A DNA stretch of 64,000 nt from Nitrososphaerota archaeon (GTDB lineage Archaea > Thermoproteota > Nitrososphaeria_A > Caldarchaeales > JAVZCJ01), in assembly GCA_038817485.1 (NCBI GenBank), contig JAWAZL010000003.1:28479-92478 (forward strand), given 5' to 3'. This document shows, in pieces, positions 62,265 to 64,000 of this stretch (position 1 is the first letter of the stretch; each line of letters begins with the position of its first letter). The position numbers and the translations under genes were made by a program. Below the pieces are notes generated by a model that had not been told where the DNA came from, ran no database searches, and saw nothing but the letters and a program-made list of their open reading frames with translations.

Positions 62265-62533
62265 TTTTCTGAAAACTTTTAGCTTATGAGAAAAAAATAA
62301 ATTGTTTTATTCTTTTTTTTTAATTTGCTAAAACCATGATTCTATAGAATTTTCTTTTTTTAAATTTTTCTTTCTATGTTTTATTTTTAAGAAATTTCAT
62401 TGTCAATTGTACAATGGTCATTTATAGTATAAATGCATAAATCTTTATTTTTTTTAAGAATGTTAAGCATTCTCAAAATACTATGTACTTTTTTTTGTTA
62501 ATTGAGTTTTCTATCATTTTCTTTATTTTTTAA
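62226..62533. repeat. Second copy of the about 250-300-bp duplicated segment; overlaps the PaREP1-like gene start and its upstream region
   Basis: See 60213-60464. Confidence 0.7.
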
Positions 62534-62741
62534 TTTTTCTAGTTGCTATAGTGAGTTCTTTTTCAAATTAAATATAATATTTCCATTTGTAGCAATAAAT
62601 CTTCTTTCCTTTTTTTTATTTATTTTCTTAGAAATTATCTTGCTTTTTTATGAAGAATTCCTTTTAGAGGTTTCGATTTATTTTATATAGATTTTTTTCA
62701 GATGATATTTATTAATTCTTTCTTTATTCTTTTGTTAGAGA

Positions 62742-64000
62742 TCAACCTTTTGCTACTCCTATTGGAACAAGCCTTGCAACTTTTAAAGCTATGCCAACAT
62801 TGTGGCTAACTTCAACAACTTTATCTACATTTTTGTATGATTCGTCTGCTTCTTCTACTAAAACTGCTTTTGATGCTGCTCTTGCTACAATTCCTTTCCT
62901 TCTTAAGCTTTCTTCTACGTATGCTGCTGTCAATTGTCTTTTTGCTCCTGCTCTACTCATTTCTCTTCCAGCTCCGTGAGCAGTGCTTCCGAAGCTTAAT
63001 TCCATTGCTTTTTCTGTTCCGACTAAGAGCCATGAAGCAGTTCCCATTGAACCTGGAATTATTACTGGCTGACCTATGCTTCGATAATCGCTTGGAATTT
63101 GTGGATGGTTTGGTGGAAAAGCTCGTGTAGCACCTTTTCTATGAACATAGACTTTTCTTTTTTCTCCATTAACGCGATGTTCTTCAAGTTTAGCAATATT
63201 GTGAGCGACATCGTATACTAATTTCATTCCAAGATTTTCTGCGCTTGTTTTGAAAACTTTTTCGAAGCTTTGTCTAACCCAATGAGTTATTGCTTGACGA
63301 TTTGCAAAAGCATAATTTACTGCACAAGCCATTGCAGAAAAGTATTGTTGAGCTTCAGGAGAAGATGCTGGAGCGCATGCAAGTTCTCTATCTGGGATTT
63401 TTATATTGTATCTATGGATTGCTCTTTCCATAACTTTTAAATAATCGCTGCAAATTTGATGTCCATATCCTCTGCTTCCAGTATGAATCATTACAGTTAT
63501 TTGATTTTCGTGAGTTATTCCAAAAGCTTTTGCAATTTCACGATCGAATATTTTATCTACACGTTGAACTTCTAAGAAATGATTTCCTGAGCCTAAAGTT
63601 CCTATTTGAGCCATTCCTCTATCTTTTGCTACAGGAGAAACTTTGTTTGGGTCTGCACCTTCTAAAGCACCTTCTTCTTCAATATGCTTTATATCTTCAC
63701 TCCATCCTAGGCCATAATTATCTATTATGTATTTTGCTCCTTCAATAGCGATTCTATCAAGTGTTGAATGTGTTACTTTGAAATCTTTCCTTCTACTTCC
63801 TAGTCCTGATGGAACATTGTTAAAAAGTGTTGTCATTAATTCTTGCAAATGTGGTCTAACATCTTTTTCATCTAAGTTTGTTGTTAATAATCTTACACCA
63901 CAATTGATATCGTAACCAACTCCTCCTGGCGATATCACTCCATCAGTGGCATCCATTGCAGCTACTCCGCCTATTGGGAACCCATAACCTTCATGGCCGT
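62742..64000 (-). CDS. rtcB: RtcB RNA-splicing ligase (3'-phosphate/5'-hydroxyl ligase), N-terminus beyond window end
   Basis: Motifs GYDINCG, GSGNHF and HTGSRG. The frame stays open upstream of the first in-window Met (…GHEGYGFPIGGVAA-M…) and runs off the window at 64000 with no start codon reached; no intein is visible. Confidence 0.9.
   Translation of the reverse strand, partial: GHEGYGFPIGGVAAMDATDGVISPGGVGYDINCGVRLLTTNLDEKDVRPHLQELMTTLFNNVPSGLGSRRKDFKVTHSTLDRIAIEGAKYIIDNYGLGWSEDIKHIEEEGALEGADPNKVSPVAKDRGMAQIGTLGSGNHFLEVQRVDKIFDREIAKAFGITHENQITVMIHTGSRGYGHQICSDYLKVMERAIHRYNIKIPDRELACAPASSPEAQQYFSAMACAVNYAFANRQAITHWVRQSFEKVFKTSAENLGMKLVYDVAHNIAKLEEHRVNGEKRKVYVHRKGATRAFPPNHPQIPSDYRSIGQPVIIPGSMGTASWLLVGTEKAMELSFGSTAHGAGREMSRAGAKRQLTAAYVEESLRRKGIVARAASKAVLVEEADESYKNVDKVVEVSHNVGIALKVARLVPIGVAKG

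Overview
This window is a very AT-rich (about 28-30% GC by eye), gene-dense stretch of archaeal chromosome with no rRNA, tRNA or CRISPR. Archaeal hallmarks include an ATP-dependent DNA ligase, deoxyhypusine synthase, RtcB, a 2-oxoacid:ferredoxin oxidoreductase, an Lrp/AsnC regulator and a LipS1/LipS2-type radical-SAM pair next to LplA. Positions 1-53,000 are mostly housekeeping and metabolic genes. Three clusters stand out there. (i) At 6.3-14.4 kb a corrinoid-dependent methyltransferase module has two non-pyrrolysine MttB-superfamily genes, an MtaA/UroD-family methyltransferase and a cobalamin-binding protein. It is bracketed by two paralogous ABC ATPase genes and followed by sugar-isomerase and kinase genes. 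(ii) At 22.2-29.1 kb lies a complete DapL-type lysine biosynthesis operon, dapA-dapB-lysC-lysA-dapF-dapL, with a divergent Lrp/AsnC regulator and a perfect palindrome in the shared promoter. (iii) At 29.9-32.7 kb a divergent pair of radical-SAM genes, probably the archaeal LipS1/LipS2 lipoyl synthase, shares an exact 44-nt inverted identity and sits next to lipoate-protein ligase. Two PIN toxin-antitoxin pairs are present, and one toxin carries an in-frame TAA. Positions 53,000-62,700 look like an accessory or decaying island. It has long non-coding gaps, a protein built from 84-bp tandem repeats fused to a PD-(D/E)xK-like domain, and small coiled-coil and winged-helix proteins. It also holds a frameshifted beta-helix surface protein, a frameshifted retropepsin-like copy, degraded toxin-antitoxin remnants, and a DUF2283-like and a PaREP1/HEPN-like gene. 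Several gene 5' ends plus promoters in this island are duplicated. All calls rest on motif recognition by eye. No searches were run.
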